Shown here: positions 18,022 through 26,564 of the stretch, piece after piece
Layout of the letters: the number at the start of each line of letters is the position of its first letter
Numbering within the stretch: the first letter of the stretch is position 1
From: an uncultured Rickettsiales bacterium
GTDB lineage: Bacteria > Pseudomonadota > Alphaproteobacteria > Rickettsiales > UBA1997
Length of the DNA stretch: 64,000 nucleotides
Direction: 5' to 3'
NCBI GenBank assembly: GCA_905478165.1
Contig: CAJQHK010000001.1
Span: forward strand, 2,754-66,753
The notes under the pieces: generated by a model
Told to the model about the DNA's origin: nothing
Databases searched by the model: none
Seen by the model: only the letters and a program-made list of their open reading frames with translations
Program-made: the position numbers and the translations under genes

Positions 18022-18240
18022 TTCGTAATTTATCTTTCTTAAGGATGACCACCTTCTTTTGCACCCCTGTCATCACTAGGAAGAAGTTAGTCAACTTAGC
18101 AACAGCGCCCTTACAAAAGAACTACTATATTTTATAAATACCTTAGATAGTGATATTAACAACAATTCTTCTGAGAAATGCAGGATGTTAATAACTCAAA
18201 TTAATACAAAATACCCTCCGTGCGTGGATGAATATAAGTA

Positions 18241-18412
18241 ATACCAATTCCCATCTTTAAAATACACAAGTTAAGACAGATTTTTTCGAAATCTTTTTAT
18301 CCTTAAATCATCGAAAAGCCTTACACCCCATTAACATAGGTCGGGCATTTTTTAATAATTTATGCATAAAAATATTTCGAAAAAAAACTGCTTTAAAGGT
18401 AGGAATTTGTAT
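18241..18412 (-). repeat. palindromic TIR-bounded dispersed repeat, copy B
   Basis: The termini ataccaattcccatctttaaa and tttaaaggtaggaatttgtat are inverted. The core aaaagccttacacc and the arm tttttaataatttatgcataaaaatatttcg align with the reverse complement of copy A. The left and right arms are imperfect reverse complements. Confidence 0.85.
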
Positions 18413-18509
18413 AATGTGTCAAAAATTTAATCTTTACAGACTGGAACGGTTCGAGACGTAAACCCCCATAACGACGATAAAAAGGTCCCGTCGGGCAGGA
18501 AGTAGAGAG

Positions 18510-19022
18510 TTAGCAAGACCTAATCTCGGTTGAAGAGATATCCACCTTGTCAATCTTCAAAAATTGGCATTTATTCAAACTCTTAGCATACTTATAAGCG
18601 ACGGAGTTTACGGCGTGACCATAATAACTTCCTCTGTCACCTATGACTAAACCTGTTAAATTAACAATTTCTTGCCACTCTTCCCACAAATGAAAATCAA
18701 TTATGGAATCAGCCCCCATGAGCCAAAAAAATTGATTTTCTGGATATGATTTAATTAATTTTCTGATCAAATCAATAGAAATGTTACTACTTAAATGTCT
18801 TTCATCATCTTTTATTATAATTTCTGGGTAATTTTTGACAATTTGATAGCATTTTTGTAGCCTTGAATCAAAATCTTCTGATTTTAATTTCTTAAAAGGG
18901 TTCTGCTTGGTTGGTTGCCACCAAACCTGACTCAAATTCATTAATCTTTTTGCCTCTAGGCTTAAATTTAAATGTCCTTGATGAGGTGGGTTAAAACTGC
19001 CTCCTAAAATTGCTATCCTCAT
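18510..19022 (-). CDS. nadD: nicotinate-nucleotide adenylyltransferase
   Basis: 170 aa. The motif GGSFNPPHQGH is the (T/H)xGH nucleotidyltransferase signature, and ISSTEIR lies at the C-terminus. Confidence 0.8.
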   Translation of the reverse strand: MRIAILGGSFNPPHQGHLNLSLEAKRLMNLSQVWWQPTKQNPFKKLKSEDFDSRLQKCYQIVKNYPEIIIKDDERHLSSNISIDLIRKLIKSYPENQFFWLMGADSIIDFHLWEEWQEIVNLTGLVIGDRGSYYGHAVNSVAYKYAKSLNKCQFLKIDKVDISSTEIRSC

Positions 19023-20197
19023 TGATTTTCAAAAATTCTTTTAATCATTTTGTCGGCTACATTTTTTGCTGCAGACTTATGGGATTTCTCTGACATCTCT
19101 ATCAGCATATCTGTATTGTCAATTAACTTGGTAATTAAGTTGCTAATCTTGTTAATTGTAAAATCTTTTTCTTCTATCATTATTGCGCTACCCTTTTTGA
19201 TAATTTCCTTAGCATTTTTTAATTGATGATTATCAGAAGAATTGACAAGGGGAATTAAAATCAAAGGCTTTTTGGCAATGGTAGACTCACTAATGGTCGA
19301 CGATCCTGCTCTTGAGATAATCAGATGAGCATTTTTAATTTTTTTCTCCATATCACCAAAAAAGCTTCCAATAACAGTGTTAATTTTAAATAATTTATAT
19401 TGTTTTAAAGTAGAATCCAATAAATCTATACGACATTGTTGGGAAATTAGTATATTTTGTTTAATTTCTGATCTTAGGTTAAAAATAGCTTTTGGCATAA
19501 TATCACTAAAAATTTTGGCACCGCCACTTCCGCCGATAATTAGAATATTAAAAAAACTATCAACCTTCCTTTTTTGTAAGTCAAAATCAGATTTTAACAA
19601 CAAATTATATCCCATATTTTTGTCATTTTTTGCAAATTTTTTGTCAGAGGGTAGATAATATTTTACCTTCGATAATTTAGCGATATCTTTACGCACCAAA
19701 TTGCCAACAGTAAAACTTTTTTTATTAAAAATTTTTTCTAAACCGTCAGTGTTTCTGTAAGTAAGAAAAATTTTTTTAGCAAATTTAGCAAAAATACGAT
19801 TTATCTTTCCTAGGTGAGCATTTTGTTCGTGAAGAATTATATTTTTACGAAGAATGGTAGCGGCACAAAGCGTTGGAAAGGTTGCATAGCCACCGAAGGC
19901 AATAACAAATGTTGGACGAAAAAACAGCATCTGAAAAAATGCCTGCAAGATACCGAAAGATATCTTTATGCCCGCTATAAATGAAAATATAAAAGATTTT
20001 CCTATTTGTGAGGAGGAGATAATATTGTGACCAAAATCGTCGTTTACAAAGGTATAATTTTTATAATTTTTATTAGCAAAGATCTTAACTTTACAGCCCC
20101 TACCAGACAATTCTTCGGCCAAAACCCTTGCCGGAAAAATATGACCCCCAGTTCCACCGGTTGCAATGATTATTTTTTGATTTTTTAGGTCAGACAT
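19019..20197 (-). CDS. murG: UDP-N-acetylglucosamine--LPS/lipid I N-acetylglucosamine transferase MurG
   Basis: The G-loop TGGTGGHIFPA and the C-terminal GT28 pattern (ISRAGSSTISE) are present. The start is trimmed to MSDLKNQK at 20197 so that it abuts nusB rather than overlapping it. Confidence 0.88.
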   Translation of the reverse strand: MSDLKNQKIIIATGGTGGHIFPARVLAEELSGRGCKVKIFANKNYKNYTFVNDDFGHNIISSSQIGKSFIFSFIAGIKISFGILQAFFQMLFFRPTFVIAFGGYATFPTLCAATILRKNIILHEQNAHLGKINRIFAKFAKKIFLTYRNTDGLEKIFNKKSFTVGNLVRKDIAKLSKVKYYLPSDKKFAKNDKNMGYNLLLKSDFDLQKRKVDSFFNILIIGGSGGAKIFSDIMPKAIFNLRSEIKQNILISQQCRIDLLDSTLKQYKLFKINTVIGSFFGDMEKKIKNAHLIISRAGSSTISESTIAKKPLILIPLVNSSDNHQLKNAKEIIKKGSAIMIEEKDFTINKISNLITKLIDNTDMLIEMSEKSHKSAAKNVADKMIKRIFENQ

Positions 20198-20675
20198 TCT
20201 CAAATTCTGTTGATCTATTTTTTTTTGCAATATTTTCTAAAATAGAATTAACAAATTGTACCTTTGATTCGCCATCAAAGCTAGAGGCGATATCGGTATA
20301 TTCATTAATTATTACTTTAGTTGGAATTTTGTCAAAATATTTGATTTCAAAAATTGCAACCCTTAGAATTTGCTTGGTAATATTTTCAATTTTTTGCAAG
20401 ATAAATTCTGGATCTAAAAATTCCTCAATTTCTTGATCAAGAATGGTGAGTGATTGAACTATATTGGCGATAATATTATTTAAATGTTTCTTATCAATTT
20501 TGGATCGATATGATTTTACGTCATCTTCAAAATTAATTAAATAATAATCAAGCATTTCTTCCTTGATATCTTCAATCTTTGTTGATTTATTATAAAAATC
20601 ATATTGAAAAAGAATTTGAATTGCCATCAAGCGAGAAATAGATTTTTTAACTATTAAAATATTTTTACTATTCAT
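20190..20675 (-). CDS. nusB: transcription antitermination factor NusB
   Basis: 161 aa all-helical protein of NusB length and pattern ([14 protein letters not shown]). Confidence 0.75.
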   Translation of the reverse strand: MNSKNILIVKKSISRLMAIQILFQYDFYNKSTKIEDIKEEMLDYYLINFEDDVKSYRSKIDKKHLNNIIANIVQSLTILDQEIEEFLDPEFILQKIENITKQILRVAIFEIKYFDKIPTKVIINEYTDIASSFDGESKVQFVNSILENIAKKNRSTEFENV

Positions 20676-20679
20676 TATT

Positions 20680-21618
20680 ATGTCTGTTACTAAAGAACAA
20701 TTAGAAGAGGTTAATCTAGTACGAGAAAATAAATTTACAACCCTCCGTCCCGTTTCTGAAGAATTGGAGAAAATTTTATATGAAATTTTTCCTGTCTTAG
20801 ATCATGGTTTTGTGAGAGTTGTGGATTATATGGGGGATGATTCTTCTGTTGTACAGGCTGCCAGAGTCTCTTATGGTAAGGGTACAAAGAAGGTGAGCGA
20901 AGATAGAGGCTTAATTAATTATCTAATGCGCCATCGTCACACCACTCCCTTTGAAATGTGTGACATCAAGTTTCATATTAAATTGCCAATCTTCATTGCC
21001 AGACAATGGATTCGTCATCGCACAGCCTCTATTAATGAATATTCTGCAAGATATTCCATTTTGGAGGATGAATTTTACATTCCTGCACCAGAAAATATCG
21101 CCGCACAATCAAAAAAAAATCACCAAGGTCGGGATGAAAATAAAAGGTTGAGTTCGGTAGAGCAAAATAGAGTACTAGAAATTTTAAAAACAGATTCTAA
21201 AAATGGCTACAATCATTATCTAGAAATGATGAATGAAGATAAATGTGGCAATGTAATTAACGAGTCAAATGACGGGGTTGCTAGAGAATTAGCCAGGATG
21301 AATCTTACCTTAAATTGCTATACTGAATGGTATTGGAAGATTAATCTGCACAATTTGTTTCACTTTCTAGCTCTTCGCTCCGACTCCCATGCTCAATATG
21401 AAATTAGAGAATATGCTAATATCATGCTTGATATGGTGCAAAAATGGGTACCTTATTCTTTTTCTGCCTTTGAGAAATATCGCATTGGTGGCAAAGAATT
21501 CTCTCGAGATGAAATCTTAACTATTAAAAAATTAGTTAAGGGTGATAAGATTGATCAAGAAAATAGCAACCTTAGTAAGAGAGAGTGGAGTGAATTAAAA
21601 AATTTATTAGAGTTTTAG
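20680..21618 (+). CDS. thyX: flavin-dependent thymidylate synthase
   Basis: 312 aa with the ThyX signature [14 protein letters not shown] (RHRxxSxxxxSxR). Confidence 0.92.
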   Translation: MSVTKEQLEEVNLVRENKFTTLRPVSEELEKILYEIFPVLDHGFVRVVDYMGDDSSVVQAARVSYGKGTKKVSEDRGLINYLMRHRHTTPFEMCDIKFHIKLPIFIARQWIRHRTASINEYSARYSILEDEFYIPAPENIAAQSKKNHQGRDENKRLSSVEQNRVLEILKTDSKNGYNHYLEMMNEDKCGNVINESNDGVARELARMNLTLNCYTEWYWKINLHNLFHFLALRSDSHAQYEIREYANIMLDMVQKWVPYSFSAFEKYRIGGKEFSRDEILTIKKLVKGDKIDQENSNLSKREWSELKNLLEF

Positions 21619-21709
21619 AAGGTAATCTAAAAATTAAACTTAGCTCTTAGGAATATTGCAAAAATATCTCCTTACACCATTTTAACTTTATAAAATAAAA
21701 TTAATAATT

Positions 21710-21871
21710 ATGTCTATCGGAGTTTGGCAATTAATCTTAATATTGGTGTTAGTTTTGTTATTTTTTGGTACAGGTAAACTACCAAAAGTAATGTCTGACA
21801 TTGGCAAAGGCTTAAAAAGTTTAAAAAACAGCGTAAAAGATAGTAAAAGTAGCAACAAGAAGGGTAAATAA
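21710..21871 (+). CDS. tatA: twin-arginine translocase subunit TatA/E
   Basis: 53-aa ORF below the track cutoff: MSIGVWQLILILVLVLLFFGTGKLPKVMSDIGKGLKSLKN. It has the canonical TatA TM helix, the FG hinge and an amphipathic helix. Confidence 0.75.
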   Translation: MSIGVWQLILILVLVLLFFGTGKLPKVMSDIGKGLKSLKNSVKDSKSSNKKGK

Positions 21872-21912
21872 ATACAGCTAACAATATTTATGTAAAAAAA
21901 TAAGCGTATTTG

Positions 21913-22548
21913 ATGAAAAAAAAATTAAAAGAAATGTCGCAAAAGCCAACGGCAGACTTATTAGAAGATGTAGTAACGCAAAACACATCTGACATGATAT
22001 ATATTAAGGATATTGTTAATAATATGAGTCAAGGCGGCTTCGCTCTGATAATGCTAATCTTTTCTTTGCCTATTTTAATACCATTACCACCACCCTTACC
22101 AAGTTTTATTGCTTTTCCATTATTAGTTTTTTCATTTCAAATGCTAATAGGACTACCCGCTCCTAAAATTCCAAAATTTATTGGTAATCGACAAATAAAA
22201 AGGGAGTTGCTAGCTAAAATTATTGAAAAATCTGTATTTCAACTAAGAAGAGTTGACAAATTTATTCAATCTAGGTGGCATTTCATGTTCGACATCATCA
22301 GTGAAAAAGCAATTGGTTTGTTAGCTTTTATTTTTGCTACCTCTATTTTATTGCCACTACCATTAACCAACCTTCTTCCGGGGACTTCGATCTTAGTAAT
22401 CTCTCTTGGTCTACTCGGTAAGGATGGCCTAGTGCTGTTTGTGGGACTTATGATTGGAATCGCTGGAATATTAATTACTTTGTCCATTATCGTTTTTGGA
22501 GTTGAGGCGGTAATCGTGATTAAGGATATTATTTTTGGCTTTATTTAG
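21913..22548 (+). CDS. ExoD-like exopolysaccharide synthesis membrane protein
   Basis: About 211 aa membrane protein with the ExoD pattern (GGFALIMLIFSLPILIPLPPPLP, FQMLIGLPAPKIP). The ATG lies just after the track TTG. Confidence 0.6.
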   Translation: MKKKLKEMSQKPTADLLEDVVTQNTSDMIYIKDIVNNMSQGGFALIMLIFSLPILIPLPPPLPSFIAFPLLVFSFQMLIGLPAPKIPKFIGNRQIKRELLAKIIEKSVFQLRRVDKFIQSRWHFMFDIISEKAIGLLAFIFATSILLPLPLTNLLPGTSILVISLGLLGKDGLVLFVGLMIGIAGILITLSIIVFGVEAVIVIKDIIFGFI

Positions 22549-22578
22549 TTTTATTATGATTCAATACCAATTATCAAC

Positions 22579-23649
22579 ATGAGCTTGATGAACAGAAAAA
22601 TAATAGGCATAGAGACTAGTTGTGACGAAACGGCAATCGCAATAATTGACGAGGATAAGAATATATTAAGTAATTTAATTATCTCTCAAATTGATATCCA
22701 CAAGGAGTTTGGCGGCGTTGTTCCAGAAATTGCAGCAAGAAATCACGCTCTTATAATTGATAAATTAATAAAAAAATCCCTATTAGAAGCGAAATTAAAT
22801 TTTAAGGATCTAGACGCAATCTCTGTAACAGCTGGGCCGGGATTAATTGGCGGAGTGATTGTTGGGGTTATGGCAGCAAAAATGCTAGCCTCAATCTATA
22901 AAAAACCTATAATCGCGGTTAATCATTTAGAGGCTCACGCCTTAACAATCAGATTAACTTCGGAAATAAAATTTCCATATCTCTTATTGTTAGTTTCCGG
23001 AGGTCATTGTCAAATTCTACTGACTAAAGGTGTTGGAAATTATCAAAAATTAGGCGAGACAATAGATGATGCTCTGGGGGAAGCTTTTGACAAGGTGGCT
23101 CAGATGATAGGGTTGGAATATCCTGGAGGACCAAAAATCGAAGAATTAGCCCAAAATGGCAATAAAAACAAATATAATTTTCCAAAGCCATTACAAAAAT
23201 CTAAAAATCATAAATATAATTTTTCTTTTTCAGGACTTAAGACTGCGATTAGGAGGGAGATTGAAAAAATTACCGGTGAAGATTATAAAAAAGATTCTTA
23301 TCAAAAGCTATCTGAAGAAGAGAAAATAGATATTGCAGCTTCTTTTCAAAAAGTAGTTGCAGAAAATATTGTTGATCGCTTAAAAAATATTTTAGAAGAT
23401 TATGATTTAAATATAAAAAACCTTGTTATTGCTGGAGGAGTCGCTGCTAATCAATATTTATTTGGTGAAATATCTAATTTTACAAAAAGTTATAACATAA
23501 AGACATCTGCTCCAGCCATCAACCTCTGCACTGATAATGGCGCAATGATCGCTTGGGCTGGAATGGAGAGATTGAAATTGGGATTAATTGATGGTTTAGA
23601 TTTTAAAGCAAGGGCAAGATGGAAATTAACGGACATTGAAAAGAAATGA
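22579..23649 (+). CDS. tsaD: tRNA N6-adenosine threonylcarbamoyltransferase
   Basis: 356 aa with the Kae1/TsaD motifs GIETSCDET, VNHLEAHAL and SGGHCQ. Confidence 0.92.
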   Translation: MSLMNRKIIGIETSCDETAIAIIDEDKNILSNLIISQIDIHKEFGGVVPEIAARNHALIIDKLIKKSLLEAKLNFKDLDAISVTAGPGLIGGVIVGVMAAKMLASIYKKPIIAVNHLEAHALTIRLTSEIKFPYLLLLVSGGHCQILLTKGVGNYQKLGETIDDALGEAFDKVAQMIGLEYPGGPKIEELAQNGNKNKYNFPKPLQKSKNHKYNFSFSGLKTAIRREIEKITGEDYKKDSYQKLSEEEKIDIAASFQKVVAENIVDRLKNILEDYDLNIKNLVIAGGVAANQYLFGEISNFTKSYNIKTSAPAINLCTDNGAMIAWAGMERLKLGLIDGLDFKARARWKLTDIEKK

Positions 23650-24416
23650 CAAAAATTAGCTGGTACGATATAAAAACGAAACTCAAACATATTCTTAGGC
23701 TTTTTTTCTATAGCCCTATGATGCAAGAGATTTTGGCCTATATTATAGTTTTTTACATGAAACTAATCTATTTCACTAGTAAAAAACAATATAAGAATTT
23801 AAACATCTTCCTTAGTTCCCTCGAAAAGGGTGAGGCGGTTATAATTTGCTCTTGGCATAATACAATCATGATAATGCCACTTTTGATGTTCGAGATGAAG
23901 AAAATTAAAAATCGCAAAGAAATGAACAGTCTATCTTCAAAGCATGGAGATGGCAAGATTGTTGGCAATGTTATGGATAAATTTGGATTTATCAATATCT
24001 CAGGATCCTCAAATAACAAAAAAGGTCGCGGCATCACTATTTATGATTTAAAAAAAATTATTAAAAATCTCAGGAAGGGCTATAGTTTGGCAATTACTCC
24101 TGACGGACCAAGAGGCCCTCGATATAAAATCAACAGTCAAGTAGTAAATATTGCCAAATTATCTGGCGCAAAAATTATACCATCTAGCTGTAGCATATCT
24201 CGATCAATTCGCTTAAATAGTTGGGATCGATTTGTCTTTCCTTTACCATTCTCGACATTATCCTATTATTTTGATCAAAAAATTGCAATTTCTAAACATA
24301 TAAAAAAAGAAGAAATAGAAAATAAAAATTTAGAAATTGAAAACAAACTCAACAAATGTCGAGAGAGATTAGATTTTATATTTAAAACTTGCCAAACAAA
24401 ATCAAATAAGGTATAA
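23646..24416 (+). CDS. DUF374-type lysophospholipid acyltransferase family protein
   Basis: 256 aa with an N-terminal TM helix and the motifs CSWHN, SSKHGDG and ITPDGPRGP, which are typical of DUF374 proteins. Confidence 0.6.
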   Translation: MTKISWYDIKTKLKHILRLFFYSPMMQEILAYIIVFYMKLIYFTSKKQYKNLNIFLSSLEKGEAVIICSWHNTIMIMPLLMFEMKKIKNRKEMNSLSSKHGDGKIVGNVMDKFGFINISGSSNNKKGRGITIYDLKKIIKNLRKGYSLAITPDGPRGPRYKINSQVVNIAKLSGAKIIPSSCSISRSIRLNSWDRFVFPLPFSTLSYYFDQKIAISKHIKKEEIENKNLEIENKLNKCRERLDFIFKTCQTKSNKV

Positions 24417-24424
24417 TTACTATC

Positions 24425-24770
24425 GTGCCCTGCACTATGGTGATAAACGTGATTTAGAATAGATGTTTTGCGGACTCGGGGGCGGTACCCGACATCTCCA
24501 CCATTGTCGACTACTTAAAATTAATTATGGGGATGAAATAGCTTCGACGCGCACAGTAAAAAAATTATTTTTACCCGACAAGATACAGTCGGTTTAATTT
24601 AGCAATAAATTAAATATTAGTTCAAAACAAATAAACGCAAAAATAAACTTTGCTAATGATAATATTGCTCAAAATGAGGATGTTAGGTTAAAAGCAGTAG
24701 CTTTCGCTTAATATCTAATATTATCGGGGTTTTGAGGTTCTCCTGTCAACAGAAAAACCTCGCTCTTTTA
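24425..24770 (+). ncRNA. ssrA: two-piece (circularly permuted) tmRNA
   Basis: The acceptor piece ends ...GCGGACTCGGGGGCGGTACCCGACATCTCCACCA at 24503. The coding piece starts GGGGATGAAATAGCTTCGACG at 24529. GGGGATG pairs with CATCTCC, including the G3:U pair that confers Ala identity. The tag frame at 24652-24711 encodes ANDNIAQNEDVRLKAVAFA then a stop. A terminal hairpin gaggtt...aacctc with a T-run lies at 24734-24770. The outer boundaries are approximate. Confidence 0.8.
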
Positions 24771-24786
24771 ACTTAAAAGTACTTTG

Positions 24787-25248
24787 ATGAAAGATTTTAT
24801 AGGTTACGGCCAAATCATAGAAGATGCGATGAGGAGTGCTGTCAAAAGCGTTCTAACAAAAGTTCAAGATAGTGGGTTACAAGGTGAGCATCATTTTGTT
24901 ATATCATTTCTAACAAACGACAAAAATACCAAAATATCAACAATACTAAAAAAAAAATTTCCTAATGAGATGGTCATAGTAGTCCAGCATCAATTTAAAG
25001 ATTTGAAAATTAATGATGATAATTTTGAAATCTTTTTAAGTTTTGATGGTAACTATGAAAAATTAGTTGTTTCTTTTGCCTCAATCACCTCTTTTTCCGA
25101 CCCCTCAATGAATTTTGGCGTTAAATTTAATTTCAATATTGAGGGAGAAATTCATAACGGCACGACAGAAGAAAAATCAGAAAAATCCAACATAGACCTA
25201 TCTCAAAAAATTATATCGCTAGATGATTTTAGAAAAGGTCATGATTAA
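24787..25248 (+). CDS. sspB: ClpXP adaptor SspB (alphaproteobacterial type)
   Basis: The motifs GEHHFVISF, MVIVVQHQFKDLKI and SFSDPSMNFGVKF match the SspB-alpha fold pattern. The C-terminal IISLDDFRKG resembles the ClpX-binding tail. Confidence 0.8.
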   Translation: MKDFIGYGQIIEDAMRSAVKSVLTKVQDSGLQGEHHFVISFLTNDKNTKISTILKKKFPNEMVIVVQHQFKDLKINDDNFEIFLSFDGNYEKLVVSFASITSFSDPSMNFGVKFNFNIEGEIHNGTTEEKSEKSNIDLSQKIISLDDFRKGHD

Positions 25249-25266
25249 TAATACCCCCCTTAACAC

Positions 25267-25884
25267 ATGATATTTGACTTAAAGCATTATATATATTTTC
25301 TAATTTCCTACTTAATTTGCTCAATTCCATTTGGCTTGATTGTTGGCAAAATATTTGGTAATATTGACGTAAGAAAACAAGGTTCAAAAAATATTGGTGC
25401 CACAAATGTTTCAAGATTAGTTGGTAAAAAATGGGGTATTCTAACTTTCATGCTGGACGGCATGAAAGGTGGGACAATGATTATAATTGCTAAGCAATTT
25501 TCTATGTCCTACTACCATAGTTATTTTTTATCCTTAGTTGTATTATTTTGTGTTTTGGGACATATATTTCCAATTTATTTAAAATTTAAAGGCGGAAAGG
25601 GCGTTGCAACAACTATGTTTTGCTTATTATTTTATAGCAAAATCATCGGTATATGCGCCATGATCATTTGGCTAATTACGTTTGTTTTTACAAGAACCTC
25701 ATCCCTTGCGTCACTAGTATCAATATTTTTTGCCACAGCAATAGCTATGCAATATACAAATAGAGAGTCATCTATTTTAATGATAATTTTATGTATTCTA
25801 ATATTCTTGCGTCATAAAAATAATATCATCAACTTAATCAACGGAACTGAAAAAAAATTTAATAAAAATGTCAAAAAAAGATAA
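25267..25884 (+). CDS. plsY: glycerol-3-phosphate acyltransferase PlsY
   Basis: 205 aa membrane protein with GSKNIGATNVSR and KGGKGVAT. Confidence 0.88.
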   Translation: MIFDLKHYIYFLISYLICSIPFGLIVGKIFGNIDVRKQGSKNIGATNVSRLVGKKWGILTFMLDGMKGGTMIIIAKQFSMSYYHSYFLSLVVLFCVLGHIFPIYLKFKGGKGVATTMFCLLFYSKIIGICAMIIWLITFVFTRTSSLASLVSIFFATAIAMQYTNRESSILMIILCILIFLRHKNNIINLINGTEKKFNKNVKKR

Positions 25885-26560
25885 TCTAATAGTTGCCCTT
25901 GATTTTCCTGACTATAATTCAGCCAAAATATTGGTTGAACAATTGGGAAGTAGAATAACTTTCTATAAAATTGGCTTAGAATTATTGATGAGCGGTAATT
26001 ATTTTGACCTAATTGAATTTTTGGCCAAAAAAAATAAAAAAATGTTCATTGATCTAAAATTTTTTGATATTGGTCAGACTGTTGTTAAAGCGATTGAGAA
26101 TCTTAATAATTATCCGAATATAGTATATACCACAATCCACTCAACCAGCAGAGAATCCATGGAAAGAATAGCTGCCAACAAAGGTAACATAAAGATATTA
26201 GCTGTTACCATCTTAACCAGTTTCAATCAAAATGATTTAACGGACATCAACCTTGATCCAAGTATTTCATTAGAAGATATCGTTATAAAAAGGGCAAAAT
26301 TAGCAAAGGAATGTAATATTGACGGAGTTATATGCTCTGCTTTTGAGAATAAAAGAATTAGATCTGAAGTTGGTAAGGATTTTATTATTGCTAACCCAGG
26401 GATAAGAATTGAAAAATTAGAAGGTGATGATCAAAAAAGAATCGTTGATGTCAAAACTGCAATAAATGATGGAGCTAATCATATCGTAGTTGGCAGGCCA
26501 ATCAATAGAGCTATCGATCCCAGAGGAGTGACTGATAAATTCTTAAACGAAATGTCATAA
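25868..26560 (+). CDS. pyrF: orotidine 5'-phosphate decarboxylase
   Basis: 230 aa with LIVALDF, DLKFFDIGQTV and VVGRPI. Confidence 0.88.
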   Translation: MSKKDNLIVALDFPDYNSAKILVEQLGSRITFYKIGLELLMSGNYFDLIEFLAKKNKKMFIDLKFFDIGQTVVKAIENLNNYPNIVYTTIHSTSRESMERIAANKGNIKILAVTILTSFNQNDLTDINLDPSISLEDIVIKRAKLAKECNIDGVICSAFENKRIRSEVGKDFIIANPGIRIEKLEGDDQKRIVDVKTAINDGANHIVVGRPINRAIDPRGVTDKFLNEMS

Positions 26561-26564
26561 ATTT

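Noticed and set aside
18420-18509. G+C-rich stretch (…aaaggtcccgtcgggcaggaagtagagag) considered as a possible SRP RNA or other small RNA.
   Set aside because: AGGAAGTAG only loosely resembles the SRP motif, and no complementary 5'/3' helix could be drawn. It is more likely decayed coding sequence (see the finding on 18022-18509).
22563-22577. Exact 15-mer aataccaattatcaa just upstream of both the tsaD (22563-22577) and tilS (61984-61998) start codons. It shares aataccaatt with the repeat termini.
   Set aside because: A rough estimate for this AT-rich composition predicts tens of exact 15-mer coincidences in 64 kb on both strands, so this is not significant on its own.
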